Notes: generated from the letters alone by a model not told the origin. A DNA stretch of 56,265 nucleotides from Dehalococcoidia bacterium UBA1123 (GCA_002313895.1 DCAW01000121.1:1-56265), one strand, 5' to 3'; counted from the stretch's first letter, positions 1 to 10,662 are shown. Numbers and translations are program-made.

Positions 1-362
1 GCCCGAACCATCAACGGCAATTCGGTGTCGAGCTTCGATGAAATTCGATAGACGAACCAGTACAGGAAACCTGCCGATGCAGCTGCTAACAGCGCGGACA
101 GCAGGTTACCTCTAAATGCGAAGTCGCCCACGGGAACCAGCGTGCCGAACGCTTTCAGCAACAGCATAAACGTCGGATATCCAGAGGGATGGGGCACTCC
201 CAGGGTGTAGGCTGACGCCAGTAAATCGCCGCCGTCAACGCCAATATCGCGCCATCCCCAGCTCAACGTTGGGGCGACTGTCAGTAGGTACAATCCAAGA
301 GCCGCCAGGGTTGTGATGAATCCGATGGGCGGTCCTGGTCCGAGTTGGCGAATTCGATTCAT
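1..362 (-). CDS. DUF2723 / glycosyltransferase-family-117-like integral membrane protein, N-terminal part only (continues beyond window start)
   Basis: My own minus-strand translation from ATG at 362-360 gives MNRIRQLGPGPPIGFITTLAALGLYLLTVAPTLSWGWRDIGVDGGDLLASAYTLGVPHPSGYPTFMLLLKAFG... It has hydrophobic helices and the G-D-x-G-[DE]-L...LGVxHPxGYP motif typical of DUF2723 proteins. It is absent from the ORF track because no stop lies in the window. Confidence 0.55.
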   Translation of the reverse strand, partial: MNRIRQLGPGPPIGFITTLAALGLYLLTVAPTLSWGWRDIGVDGGDLLASAYTLGVPHPSGYPTFMLLLKAFGTLVPVGDFAFRGNLLSALLAAASAGFLYWFVYRISSKLDTELPLMVR

Positions 363-394
363 GCTGCAACCATAATACATTAGCTATGGTGCCG

Positions 395-424
395 TTGACG
401 CTAATCCCGAACGGCGATTAGAAT
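395..424 (+). promoter_or_regulatory. candidate sigma70-type promoter for valS (TTGACG-18 nt-TAGAAT)
   Basis: TTGACG at 395-400 and TAGAAT at 419-424, about 40 nt upstream of the valS ATG, in the divergent intergenic region. Sequence match only. Confidence 0.3.
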
Positions 425-464
425 TAACTATTCTTGATCCTCGAATATCAACACAGGGGAAACC

Positions 465-3143
465 ATGACCCAGACTCAGCAACCGAACGAAATTCCAAGA
501 GCCTATGAGCCTGGCGCAGTCGAAGGGCGCATATACGATTTCTGGACTGAAGGCGGATATTTCACGCCTGAGATCGATAGGTCCAAGAAACCGTTCACAC
601 TCATCATGCCTCCGCCCAACGTTACGGGCGAACTTCACATGGGACACGCCCTCACAATCGCGCTTGAAGACCTGATGGTGCGCTGGCACCGGATGCAAGG
701 CGAGCCGACGCTCTACCTTCCGGGAACGGACCACGCGGGAATCGCGACTCAGGTGGTTGTCGAGAGGCTTTTGGCGTCCGACGGCATAACTCGCCATGAC
801 CTGGGACGAGACAAATTCGTGGAACGCATTTGGAGCTGGGTGGACGACTACGGAGACCGAATCTACACTCAGTTGGAACGGCTCGGCGCTTCATGCGATT
901 GGAGCCGTCGCAAGTTCACTCTTGACGGTGTCCCCAGCCTCGCGGTGCGGACGACGTTCGTGAACCTGTACAAAAAAGGGCTGATCTACAAGGGCAACCG
1001 GATCACCAACTGGTGCCCTCGGTGCCGGACCGCGTTGTCTGATCTAGAGGTCAAGCATCGAGAGGAGCAGGGCAATCTCTATTACCTCAACTACCCGTTA
1101 GCAGATGGCAATGGGCATGCGACGATTGCCACAACGCGACCCGAAACGATGTTGGGAGACACCGCGGTTGCAGTGAATCCTAATGACGACCGATTCAAAC
1201 ACCTGATTGGCAAAAGCGTGAAGCTGCCAATTGTCGGGCGGTTAATTCCCATAATCGGCGACGAAGCTGTGGACATGGAGTTCGGCACAGGCGCTCTGAA
1301 AGTCACGCCCGGACATGACCCTGCGGACTTTGAGATCGGCCAACGTCATAGTCTTGAGACGATCAACATCCTCAATAATGACGGGACGATCAACGAGAAT
1401 GGCGGAACATACGAAGGCCAGGACCGCCTTGAAGCACGCGCGCCGATAGTAGATCATTTGGACCGAGAATTTGCGCTAGAAAAGATCGAACCTTACAGCC
1501 ATTCGGTGGGTCACTGCGAGCGCTGCGATGAAGTCGTCGAACCTTTGGTGTCTGAACAATGGTACGTACGAATGGAGCCTCTTGCGAAACCGGCAAGGGC
1601 GTCGGTGGACGAGGGCCGCATCAAGATCGTGCCTGAGAGGTTCGACAAAATCTATTTCAACTGGCTCGACAACATCCGGGACTGGTGCATTAGTCGCCAG
1701 CTCTGGTGGGGCCATCGTATTCCTGTTTGCTACTGCGATGATTGCGGAGAACACATCGTCGAGATGGAGGACCCGACCGAGTGTCCAAATTGCGCCTCAT
1801 CCAGCCTCCACCGCGATCCTGACGTGCTTGACACCTGGTTTAGCTCTGCGCTGTGGACCCACTCGACTTTGGGATGGCCGGAACAGACCGAGGATTTAGA
1901 TTATTTCTACCCAACCGCGGTCATGGAGACGGGCCACGACATCCTGTTTTTCTGGGTGGCGCGGATGATCTTCAGCGGCCTTTTCAACATGGGCGAAGAG
2001 CCGTTCCACACGGTGTATCTCCATGGAATGGTGCTGGACCCGGACGGTGTCAAGATGAGCAAAGTTAAGGGCAATGTCCTCGATCCTTTGGAGATTATCG
2101 ACCTGTATGGCGCGGATGCGGTCAGATTCGCATTGACCACCGGCACAGCCCCTGGCAACAACATGAGGATGAACGAGGGCAAGCTGGAGGCTAGCCGAAA
2201 CTTCGCCAACAAACTGTGGAACGCTTCCCGATACGTGATGACCAACCTGCAAAAAGCGGATTCTCTTGAAGGTTGGGAAGACGTCGCCGATCTTCAACAT
2301 CGAGAAGACCGCTGGATCGTCAGTCGCCTGAATCGGGTGGCGGAGCAGGTCGACCAGCACATGCAGGAATACCAGTTCGGCGAAGCGCAAACTGCAATCC
2401 ACGACTTCCTGTGGAACGAGTATTGCGATTGGTACATCGAGATGTCCAAGATTCGCATAAGGGCAGGGGAGTCTCCATCGCCATTGCCAGTGTTGGCCCA
2501 TGTGCTTGAGCGGGTTCTAAGACTGCTACATCCATTCCTGCCATTTGTGACCGAGGAGATTTGGCAAGCTCTCAGCAACATTTTGCCTCAACAGGGCGAA
2601 AATTCCGGAGCGCTCATAGTGGCGGAATATCCGAAACCGGATGCCGGAAAATTCGACGATGCTGCCGAGCGCGAAATCGAAGCGGTCGTTGAGTTGACAC
2701 GCGCCGCAAGGAACCTCAGGGCGGTGTTCCGTATTCAGAACAATGAGAAAATACCTGCGACGGTCAACACGTCTGAGCAGTTTGCCAAAGTTTTCACTGA
2801 CTCAACGCGGTTCATCGAGTCCGAATCAGGAATCACGTTAACGCTGTCGTCCAGCGCCAACGGAGCAGGAAACACAGGCAACGAAGCCTCCCAGGTGATA
2901 ACCACCGGAACGCTTGCCATGTCCATTGGAGACCTCGTGGACATCGAAAAAGAAAAGACGCGCCTGACGGACGAGTTGAACGAACTGACTGGTTATCGCC
3001 GCAAGATTGCAGGGCGCCTCTCCAACGATCAGTTCCTATCCAAGGCTCCTCAGGAAGTTGTGGACAAGGACCGCGAGCGATTGGATGACGCCGACGCTCG
3101 CGCTGACAGGCTTACCGACATCCTAGATCGGCTATCGGCGTAA
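465..3143 (+). CDS. valS: valine--tRNA ligase
   Basis: 892 aa with class I aaRS signatures (PPPNVTGELHMGHAL as the HIGH-like motif, VKMSKVKGN as KMSKS), a CP1 editing region and a C-terminal coiled coil. Length is typical of ValRS. Confidence 0.97.
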   Translation: MTQTQQPNEIPRAYEPGAVEGRIYDFWTEGGYFTPEIDRSKKPFTLIMPPPNVTGELHMGHALTIALEDLMVRWHRMQGEPTLYLPGTDHAGIATQVVVERLLASDGITRHDLGRDKFVERIWSWVDDYGDRIYTQLERLGASCDWSRRKFTLDGVPSLAVRTTFVNLYKKGLIYKGNRITNWCPRCRTALSDLEVKHREEQGNLYYLNYPLADGNGHATIATTRPETMLGDTAVAVNPNDDRFKHLIGKSVKLPIVGRLIPIIGDEAVDMEFGTGALKVTPGHDPADFEIGQRHSLETINILNNDGTINENGGTYEGQDRLEARAPIVDHLDREFALEKIEPYSHSVGHCERCDEVVEPLVSEQWYVRMEPLAKPARASVDEGRIKIVPERFDKIYFNWLDNIRDWCISRQLWWGHRIPVCYCDDCGEHIVEMEDPTECPNCASSSLHRDPDVLDTWFSSALWTHSTLGWPEQTEDLDYFYPTAVMETGHDILFFWVARMIFSGLFNMGEEPFHTVYLHGMVLDPDGVKMSKVKGNVLDPLEIIDLYGADAVRFALTTGTAPGNNMRMNEGKLEASRNFANKLWNASRYVMTNLQKADSLEGWEDVADLQHREDRWIVSRLNRVAEQVDQHMQEYQFGEAQTAIHDFLWNEYCDWYIEMSKIRIRAGESPSPLPVLAHVLERVLRLLHPFLPFVTEEIWQALSNILPQQGENSGALIVAEYPKPDAGKFDDAAEREIEAVVELTRAARNLRAVFRIQNNEKIPATVNTSEQFAKVFTDSTRFIESESGITLTLSSSANGAGNTGNEASQVITTGTLAMSIGDLVDIEKEKTRLTDELNELTGYRRKIAGRLSNDQFLSKAPQEVVDKDRERLDDADARADRLTDILDRLSA

Positions 3144-3210
3144 CCTCCGAAGTCGTCAGCGGGAATCTCAATTTCGCAATTCGCGCTATCGGCTTGGCAG
3201 GCATTAGTGA

Positions 3211-4491
3211 ATGGCAGTCCGAATAAGTTCACGAATCTTTCCTTCGATGGACAGGGACGGCGCCGTGGTGATTGCCGCCTCGGCGCTGAGGTCGTTGGAC
3301 TACGGTTTTCTAAGCGTTTTTCTTGGTGTTTACCTGAGCATATTGGATTTCAGCGTGCTGCAGGCGGGACTGGTGTTCAGCGCGATAATGGGTGGCGGAA
3401 CGCTTTCCAACGCCATCGCCAGTTGGCGCGGGGACACCATCGGCAGAAAACGCATGCTGTTGGTCATGGCTGTTCTCATGGGCGTTGGAGGCTTGCTGTA
3501 CCCCTTCGCATCTAACGTAACTGGACTGGTTCTGATCTCACTCATCGCGATGACCACGTCTACTGGCGGGGATCGCACCGCGTTTTTGTCACTTGATATG
3601 TCGATTCTGGCCCAGGCAGTCGAGCCGAGGAGTCGGACGGCGGCGTTCTCCTGGTACAACATCATCGGTCGCCTCACCAAAGCCCTCGGCTCGCTGGTGA
3701 TTGCAGTCCCAGCCGTTTTGCAGGCCTGGTTCGGCATTGGAGAACTTGACTCCTTCAAAATGATGTTCTGGGCGTACGCCGGGGTCGCATTTTCCGGAGT
3801 TGGGGTTTACTGGTTGCTGACGCCAATGGCAGAGCGCAAGAAAATGGCCGCCAGCGATGTGCAGAGAACGATGCCTCGAGAGACGCGTAGTATGATGATC
3901 CGACTCACAGCATTGTTCTCCATGGACGCGCTGGGCGGAGGGTTCATGGTCAACGCGTTCATCTCTTTTTGGTTCACATCAAGATTCGGCGTCAGTCTTG
4001 AGTCGATCGCTTTGATATTCTTCGCCGGTCAGATTTTGAACAGTGTGTCGTTAGCGCTTGCCACTCCGCTTGCTGGGCGCATCGGGCTAATAGCCACGAT
4101 GGCATCCACTCAAGTGATATCGAATTCTTTCATGATATTTATGGCTCTGACGGGCAACTATTGGCTGGCAGTCGGTTTCTTCATGCTTCGCGAATTGTCC
4201 AACGAAATGGATGTCCCGACCCGCCAGTCGTACTCGATGGCAATTGTGCCACCGGAGGCACGAACTGCGACGGCCGGGATGACTAATCTGGGACGCACCT
4301 TCGCCCAAACGATAAGCCCCGCGTTAGCCGGGGTGGTCGCCCAGGCCACATTCATCGGCGCGCCGATGATTACGGGGGCTCTCATCAAATTAGCCTATAA
4401 CGCTGCGCTATACATGACTTTCAGAACCGTCAAAGCCCCAGAGGAAGAGGCTGTATCCGAGCTACAAACCCGCCAAACTGATCCTCGTTGA
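3211..4491 (+). CDS. MFS transporter
   Basis: 426 aa, about 12 hydrophobic segments, two-halves MFS architecture. The start could instead be the ATG at 3247. Confidence 0.8.
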   Translation: MAVRISSRIFPSMDRDGAVVIAASALRSLDYGFLSVFLGVYLSILDFSVLQAGLVFSAIMGGGTLSNAIASWRGDTIGRKRMLLVMAVLMGVGGLLYPFASNVTGLVLISLIAMTTSTGGDRTAFLSLDMSILAQAVEPRSRTAAFSWYNIIGRLTKALGSLVIAVPAVLQAWFGIGELDSFKMMFWAYAGVAFSGVGVYWLLTPMAERKKMAASDVQRTMPRETRSMMIRLTALFSMDALGGGFMVNAFISFWFTSRFGVSLESIALIFFAGQILNSVSLALATPLAGRIGLIATMASTQVISNSFMIFMALTGNYWLAVGFFMLRELSNEMDVPTRQSYSMAIVPPEARTATAGMTNLGRTFAQTISPALAGVVAQATFIGAPMITGALIKLAYNAALYMTFRTVKAPEEEAVSELQTRQTDPR

Positions 4492-4508
4492 TCTGTGTCC
4501 AGCGGCGC

Positions 4509-6044
4509 TCAGTCTGCCAGGTTGTATGTATAATGCGGGTCGCCAGTCTCCAGCGGCCATGCAGAGAACCATTTTTCGATGCTGGGCATCAATTGTTTGG
4601 ACAACGCGCCACGGCTGATTTCACGCTCGGTGAGTGGCCGGGCCAATGAATCTTTGAATCGAGCAATCACGTCGGCTTTGTCGAGACGTTCGAAGACCTT
4701 GTTTCGCAACAGCGCCTCACCGTCTACGATCACGGTGTCAACGTCAAGACCTTTGCCCCGGAACACCAAAGCGTCGACGATGTCTGTGTCAGGATGAAGA
4801 TACGGCTCCTCGATACGGTCCATGTTGATCAGAACGAGATCGGCCCTTTTCCCGGGTTCCAGAGTGCCTATCTGGTCTTCGAAGAACGTGATTTTCGAGC
4901 CGTTCACAGTGTTCAATTCGAATACCTGATGAGAAGTCGGAGACCTGGAAGATATGCCCGGTTCACGATGAATCTTCTGAGCCAGGCGCATCTCTTGGAT
5001 GATGTCGTTATCGTCGTTGATGCCAGCTTCATCGATTCCAATAGCGACGGTGACGTTCCTGTCCATCAGTCGATTTATCGGCGCGACGCCGCTCTTGAGA
5101 CGCAGGTTTGAGCTTGGATTGTGGCAGATCGCCGTCCCAGTCTCAGCCAGAATATCGACGTCCGATTCTGTGAGCCAGACCCCATGAGCGCACGAAACTT
5201 CCGGGCCAAGAACGCCAAGTTCCAGCAGATGGCCCAACGGAGTTTTGCTCCAATGACGACTGCCATACATCTTTTGATAGATCGTCTCTTGGAGATGGAT
5301 GTGCAGTCCCGTGTTATTGCGGCGAGCGAAGTCGCTCATCGCTCTCAGCATGTCGTCAGAGCACCAGTGAACGTTGTGCGGACTGATGAAAATGTTCGTC
5401 CTGTCTGACTGTTTCTTGTCCAGCAATTCCGCATTCGCGGTCAGGTAATCCTCCAGTGTTATTGGGCGGGCATTGATGTGATCGCGGACTCCGCTCGCCA
5501 ATTCTGACGGCAGGGTAGCCAGGAATTTCTCGTCATCTTCATAAACCAGATGGTTCTGGTCGCGGTGGGACAGGGAGAACGCCACCCGCATTCCAGAGTC
5601 TTCGTAGGCGTCAACAATCTGAGAGGCCGCATCGAACAGACCAACATCGGCAGGAAGTCTTGCGGCCATATGGTTGTGCATCACGGTTGTGATTCCCGAC
5701 TCAATCATCTGGATGGCGCAATACAAGGTGTCCAGGTATGGATCAACGTCCCGCATCGCCCACCGGGAGATAATCCAAGTTTCTAGCGGAGCATCGAGGG
5801 CTCCTAACTGGAACGGGGTCAACCCGACATGGTGATGAGCATTGATGAGGCCGGGGATCACCACTTGATTCGAGCCGCCGATCTCCTCGTCAACCTCGTA
5901 TTTGGCTCTCATGTCGCGGTAACTGCCAATCTCAATGATCTCGCCGTCTCGCTGGACAACTGCCCCGTCAGTAATTACCTCTGCGCTGGACGTTCCGGTT
6001 ATGCGGGTCACAACCTGCTTGCCCCAAATTAGGGTCGTGGTCAT
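4509..6044 (-). CDS. amidohydrolase-superfamily protein (chlorohydrolase / aminohydrolase-like)
   Basis: 511 aa. The N-terminal metal-binding motif PGLINAHHHV, later HLQE and internal His/Asp motifs are typical of cytosine/guanine-deaminase-like amidohydrolases. Confidence 0.85.
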   Translation of the reverse strand: MTTTLIWGKQVVTRITGTSSAEVITDGAVVQRDGEIIEIGSYRDMRAKYEVDEEIGGSNQVVIPGLINAHHHVGLTPFQLGALDAPLETWIISRWAMRDVDPYLDTLYCAIQMIESGITTVMHNHMAARLPADVGLFDAASQIVDAYEDSGMRVAFSLSHRDQNHLVYEDDEKFLATLPSELASGVRDHINARPITLEDYLTANAELLDKKQSDRTNIFISPHNVHWCSDDMLRAMSDFARRNNTGLHIHLQETIYQKMYGSRHWSKTPLGHLLELGVLGPEVSCAHGVWLTESDVDILAETGTAICHNPSSNLRLKSGVAPINRLMDRNVTVAIGIDEAGINDDNDIIQEMRLAQKIHREPGISSRSPTSHQVFELNTVNGSKITFFEDQIGTLEPGKRADLVLINMDRIEEPYLHPDTDIVDALVFRGKGLDVDTVIVDGEALLRNKVFERLDKADVIARFKDSLARPLTEREISRGALSKQLMPSIEKWFSAWPLETGDPHYTYNLAD

Positions 6045-6045
6045 A

Positions 6046-8601
6046 TCAATCCCCTTGATGATTACTCATAACACTGGAATATATCGCGTTGAAAAACAGC
6101 TTGTAAGTTCCACGCGCCTGCGCTCGGAAATGTGGCCTGAATCCGAAAATTACGATCTGGCCTTTGCCGAGCGGCACAGCCGCGACCGCCGTTGTCCCAG
6201 CTATTTTTTTGGACCCGATTAACAGACCACTCAATAGCGGTTTTTCCTTAGAATACGTTGCTATCGACTTGCCAATGTTCACACGCCAAGCCGGGCCGTT
6301 CATGAACAACGCCGCCGCATTGCTTGGCATGCCGTATGCGATCGGATGCTGGGTGTCGACTCGGATGTCCAATAAACTGCCCGGAACAAAAAAATCTGAG
6401 TGGGTCAGCCCGGCCAGCAAGTTGACCACCGGGAGGTCGAAATGCCGGGTCGCCCATCTGGCTGCTCCATCCCATGCGATCAGCGTGCCGCCGGCTTCGG
6501 CGAATTGTTTCAGCCTTGCAGCCCCAGCGTCCCCGAGACCCCCTGAATAGCGTTTTGAATACGAAGCCTGATTGAAGCCTCTTTGTATCTGCCTCACTGT
6601 CTGATGTGGAATGATGATAGCGTCGAAACGTCGGGACAGGTCAGTTTCTCGAATGGCCCAGTCCCAAACCGGTTCATGCTGAAATCCGTATTCGTCGAGG
6701 ATGAATCTGGTCCACCCTTCTTCCGTGGCAGGCACGTAACTCTGGTAGACGCCTATTTTCGGAGTCCTCAGTTCGATGGCGTTGGCGACAGGCTTGAAAT
6801 CTGTTCCCGAAATATCAGCAAATTTTCCATCACAAGCATCCCGCAAGGATTCAATCAACTGCTGGCTCGATTCAACCACAAAAGCGCCAGGCGGTAGCAA
6901 TTCGCTTCCGTTGTGCAGCGAATGCGAAACTCTTGAGACCTGAAATCCGGCAGCCAAAAGATGATTGACGATTTTTGCGGACGCGTTCGATTTGGGATTT
7001 ATCGCGTAAGCCGACGCTTCAGGAAACACTTGATCGTAGCAAAATGAGGCTTGTTTCCTGCGATCGGCCAACCGTGGCAACGGTTCGATTGGTTTATTTA
7101 GCTCATGCGCGGTGACTCCCATCGCTAGAGGCAAGCTGTGGGCGGTCGAATCGTATGGGTGTTTGGGAGGGCCACCAGGATAATGCCTGATGTCGGGATA
7201 CTTTTGAGTTTCCAGCATCGTCTGCGCGAATGTTCCAAATCGTTGAAGTGTCAACACTAGATGATCGCCCGGCTTGAGCACCAGGCCCTCATGCTCCACT
7301 TCCTTGGTCAATTCTTGAACTTCGACATCGGCAAACTCCAACACCTCTATCAATTCCTGCGCGGCGCCGGTATCGTGCTGTTCTTTTGGGATCACGTAGC
7401 CGTATGGGTTGCCCTGCTTAGTCACAGCCCGACGCAACACTTTGAACGAATTTCCGACCCAAGTGTCCCTGTTTCTCGCGGCGCTGTCCAGACATGCGAG
7501 AGAAGCTATCAGATCATATTCCACGATGTCCTTGAGGCTCCATTTCCCGCCAGTCCAAGGCATGGTGTGGTTCCAAGATTTCGCAGTCGGGCGTTCGCCT
7601 CGGTCACTCTTCAATTGGGTGCGATCAATTGAGATAGGCGACGCGATTCTCACGCCGGCGGCTTCAGACAGCACTCGTATGCCGCCATGGTAGTGAGAAT
7701 ACGACCTGCTGGGGCTATACGAGTCATACACGACGTTGACCGCAACACCGGATTTTCCGGCAGCCGTCAATTCAGATGCCATATGGGTCCCTAACGCGGC
7801 AAGCTCGCTCTGCAACACCGGATCAACATTGGGACCAACGGGGTCGACGAACGGAGGCAGAATCATACGCATCCCGTCGGAACGGGTCTGATGAATGTCG
7901 AAGATGATGTGTGGGCGCCACCGGTTATACAAGCGGTCTACGACCAGGCGAGTCTCGGCCTGTGTGAACATGAACCAATCACGGTTGTTATCGTGGCCAG
8001 TGTATTTGTTGTACAGGTAGGGTGGTATGGAGCCTTCGTAGTGCGTGTCGCGGGTCGCGTCGTACCAACGTTTCACTTTTATCAGGCCGTCGGGATTCAA
8101 ACTGGGCACGAGAATCAATATGACGTTGTCGAGGATCCTTCGAACACGAGAATCATCCTCTGATGCCAGTTGATGAGCCAGCGCCAACGACATCTGCGTC
8201 CCGCCGACCTCGGTTGCGTGGATGCTGCATGTAATTGCGACGACCGATCGCGCGTCAGCGATCAACTCATTTGCTTCGCTGTCGGATATTTTGTCAGGGT
8301 CAGCGAGCCGGCGCTGAGTTTCCATGTGCGAATCGAGATTCGCGATGTTGCCCGGAGAGCTGATGAACGTGAGGAGGAAAGGGTTGCCTTCGGTAGTTTT
8401 GCCGATTTCGATTGTCGAAACTCTGTCGGATTCCTGATCGAGCAGGCGCATGTAGTCGACTACTTGCGGCCAGTCAGCCAGTCGATGGTCGTCACCGACG
8501 GCAAAGCCCAGAAATTCGCTGGGCGTCGTAACTTCGAGGCCTCCAGTGTTTGACGATTCTCTTGACACGCTTCTCCACTCGACATAAATTGGCGGTGACA
8601 C
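6046..8601 (-). CDS. M14-family zinc carboxypeptidase with long C-terminal extension
   Basis: 851 aa. Contains the HxxE zinc motif SIHATEVGG and an M14-like core, followed by a C-terminal domain of about 270 aa. GTG start at 8601. Its stop is 1 nt from the amidohydrolase ATG. Confidence 0.8.
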   Translation of the reverse strand: MSPPIYVEWRSVSRESSNTGGLEVTTPSEFLGFAVGDDHRLADWPQVVDYMRLLDQESDRVSTIEIGKTTEGNPFLLTFISSPGNIANLDSHMETQRRLADPDKISDSEANELIADARSVVAITCSIHATEVGGTQMSLALAHQLASEDDSRVRRILDNVILILVPSLNPDGLIKVKRWYDATRDTHYEGSIPPYLYNKYTGHDNNRDWFMFTQAETRLVVDRLYNRWRPHIIFDIHQTRSDGMRMILPPFVDPVGPNVDPVLQSELAALGTHMASELTAAGKSGVAVNVVYDSYSPSRSYSHYHGGIRVLSEAAGVRIASPISIDRTQLKSDRGERPTAKSWNHTMPWTGGKWSLKDIVEYDLIASLACLDSAARNRDTWVGNSFKVLRRAVTKQGNPYGYVIPKEQHDTGAAQELIEVLEFADVEVQELTKEVEHEGLVLKPGDHLVLTLQRFGTFAQTMLETQKYPDIRHYPGGPPKHPYDSTAHSLPLAMGVTAHELNKPIEPLPRLADRRKQASFCYDQVFPEASAYAINPKSNASAKIVNHLLAAGFQVSRVSHSLHNGSELLPPGAFVVESSQQLIESLRDACDGKFADISGTDFKPVANAIELRTPKIGVYQSYVPATEEGWTRFILDEYGFQHEPVWDWAIRETDLSRRFDAIIIPHQTVRQIQRGFNQASYSKRYSGGLGDAGAARLKQFAEAGGTLIAWDGAARWATRHFDLPVVNLLAGLTHSDFFVPGSLLDIRVDTQHPIAYGMPSNAAALFMNGPAWRVNIGKSIATYSKEKPLLSGLLIGSKKIAGTTAVAAVPLGKGQIVIFGFRPHFRAQARGTYKLFFNAIYSSVMSNHQGD

Positions 8602-8637
8602 ACCGGGCTTGCGTCCACAGGATAGGATACACCATCA

Positions 8638-9939
8638 TTGGCGAACACTGACCATCGAAACGAGGAACCTCCGTCTCCTTCCCCCGGTCTGGTGGAATCG
8701 GCGCCCAAAAGCGCCTGGCTACAGAAGTTTCTGATCCCGTTCGCTTCGCTTGAAAACCGCAACTTCCGACTGTTGTGGTTGGGCATGCTGGGTCAGTCTT
8801 CAGCGATGTGGGCAGACCAGGTAGCTCGTAGCTGGCTCACATGGCAGCTTACAGAGTCCGCAACCGCCATCGGCCTGGTCAACGTATTTCGCGCGCTGCC
8901 GCTTATAACCGTCGGCCTTGTCGGCGGCGTAATCGCTGACAGATTCGACAAGCGCACTATCCTAATAGTGATCCAAACATGGAGCCTTTGCATTTACATC
9001 GCGATGGCGGCCCTGCTGCTTGGCGGTTGGATCGAATTGTGGCACGTATATCTCACCGCGTTTCTCCTCGGCATTGGCATGTCGATGAATCAACCGGTCA
9101 GGACATCGTTGATCCCTCAGTTGCTGGGAAGCGAATTGCTGCTCAACGCGCTGTCGTTGAACTCGATAGCCATAAACGTGTCCAAGCTAATCGGGCCTGC
9201 GGGAGTCGGTTTCCTGATCGCGGTGGCAGGGGATAATGTCGCGCCGGCGTACATCATCGCAGTGGTCGTCTATGTGTTGATAATCGGCGCCACCATCATG
9301 ATAGACCACGTATCCGTCGCTACTAGTCAGAAATCATTTTCATTCAGATCCGAGTTTGTTGAAGGGTTCCGATACCTGCTGGTGGAGAACCGGACTGCGC
9401 TGACTCTGGTGATTCTCGCCATCGGGCCACTGGCATTTGGCTTCAGTTACATAACGCTCCTGCCAGTGTTGGTGACTGAGGTATTGAACGCCAGTTCGTC
9501 TAGTTTCGGAGCGATCCAGTCGGTCGGAGCCATCGGAGCATTGGCCGGAGGATTCTGGCTAGCGGCATCCCACAAAGTTCGACGCAAAGGTTGGATCATG
9601 CTGTCAACCGGCCTGGCATATGGATGCGCGGTTATTCTCCTGGGCAGCGCGAATTGGCTGTTGGCCGCGTTCGCCGTGGCCGTCGTGATAGGCGGCTGCC
9701 AGACAATATTCCGAGCCGCCAACAATAGCACCCTGCTGGAAATCACGCCGCAACGTCTTCAGGGTCGGGTCGTCAGCATCACGTTCCTTGATATGGGTGT
9801 TCAGTCAGTCGCAGCAATTTTGGCTGGTGTCGTAAGTGACGCCTATGGAGTGTCTGTGGGGATGGCGATGCTTGGAGGCGTTTGCCTTGGCATTGTGGCA
9901 ATCGTGGGCATCAGCGTGCCGACGATCAGAAAGCTGTAG
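8638..9939 (+). CDS. MFS transporter (MFS_3 / EntS-like family)
   Basis: 433 aa, NRNFRLLWLGMLGQS N-terminal motif, 12 predicted TM segments. The start (TTG 8638 or a downstream GTG) is uncertain. Confidence 0.8.
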   Translation: MANTDHRNEEPPSPSPGLVESAPKSAWLQKFLIPFASLENRNFRLLWLGMLGQSSAMWADQVARSWLTWQLTESATAIGLVNVFRALPLITVGLVGGVIADRFDKRTILIVIQTWSLCIYIAMAALLLGGWIELWHVYLTAFLLGIGMSMNQPVRTSLIPQLLGSELLLNALSLNSIAINVSKLIGPAGVGFLIAVAGDNVAPAYIIAVVVYVLIIGATIMIDHVSVATSQKSFSFRSEFVEGFRYLLVENRTALTLVILAIGPLAFGFSYITLLPVLVTEVLNASSSSFGAIQSVGAIGALAGGFWLAASHKVRRKGWIMLSTGLAYGCAVILLGSANWLLAAFAVAVVIGGCQTIFRAANNSTLLEITPQRLQGRVVSITFLDMGVQSVAAILAGVVSDAYGVSVGMAMLGGVCLGIVAIVGISVPTIRKL

Positions 9940-10187
9940 GCTTGCGAAATCATCTACGTGGGCCGCATAATGTTCATAGGCGTGAGGCGCGCATCTGCTT
10001 GTCTTCTTGAATCGTAGCATACACCAGAGCGGAGCCGAGAGCGTGATGCCGCTCGCCTCGCCATGTCCACGATTCACTATTTTCTGATATTGCGCGCAAT
10101 CGAGCAAAACTTCTGCTAGCAATCAATCTGACGAATCGTCGATATTGAGAACACTAAATATGAAACGTCTCTTCGGAGGAGCGCCGA

Positions 10188-10661
10188 ATGCCAGCACGTC
10201 GATATTGGCTCGTAAAATCCGAACCTAGCGTCTATTCATTCCAAGAGCTACAGGCGGAGGAGGGCGGGGAAGCCGAGTGGGATGGCGTCCGCAACTATGC
10301 GGCGCGTAACACAATGCGCGACGATATGCAGGTGGGCGACGGTGTGCTGTTCTACCACTCCAACTCTAAACCGAACGCCATTGTGGGTTACGCCGTTGTG
10401 TCCCGCTCTGGTTATCCAGACCATACAGCGTGGGATCCAAAATCTGAACATCCTGACCTAAAAAGCACGCCCGAGGATCCGATATGGTACATGGTGGACA
10501 TAAAAGCCGAAGCGTTGTTCCGCAGTCCCATCAGCCTTACACAGGTGAAATTCGATAACGAATTGAAAGATATGGTGTTAGCTAAAAACTCCCGTCTTTC
10601 GGTGCAATCGGTGACACCGAAGGAGTGGAAGGTCATACTCACAATGGGTATGAGCGAGTAA
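10188..10661 (+). CDS. EVE (PUA-like) domain protein
   Basis: 157 aa. RYWLVKSEPSVYSF...WDGVRNYAARNTMRDDMQVGDGVLFYHSN is the canonical EVE/Thy28-like signature. A GGAGGA RBS lies 7 nt upstream. Confidence 0.85.
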   Translation: MPARRYWLVKSEPSVYSFQELQAEEGGEAEWDGVRNYAARNTMRDDMQVGDGVLFYHSNSKPNAIVGYAVVSRSGYPDHTAWDPKSEHPDLKSTPEDPIWYMVDIKAEALFRSPISLTQVKFDNELKDMVLAKNSRLSVQSVTPKEWKVILTMGMSE

Positions 10662-10662
10662 T

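Noticed and set aside
9940-10187. The 248-bp intergenic region after the MFS gene, including the 105-aa minus-strand ORF at 9805-10122, as a possible small gene or ncRNA.
   Set aside because: The ORF overlaps the MFS 3' end and is His/Cys/Ala-rich without an RBS. I could find no stable conserved-looking structure or promoter-like match. It is probably just the promoter/5' region of the EVE gene.
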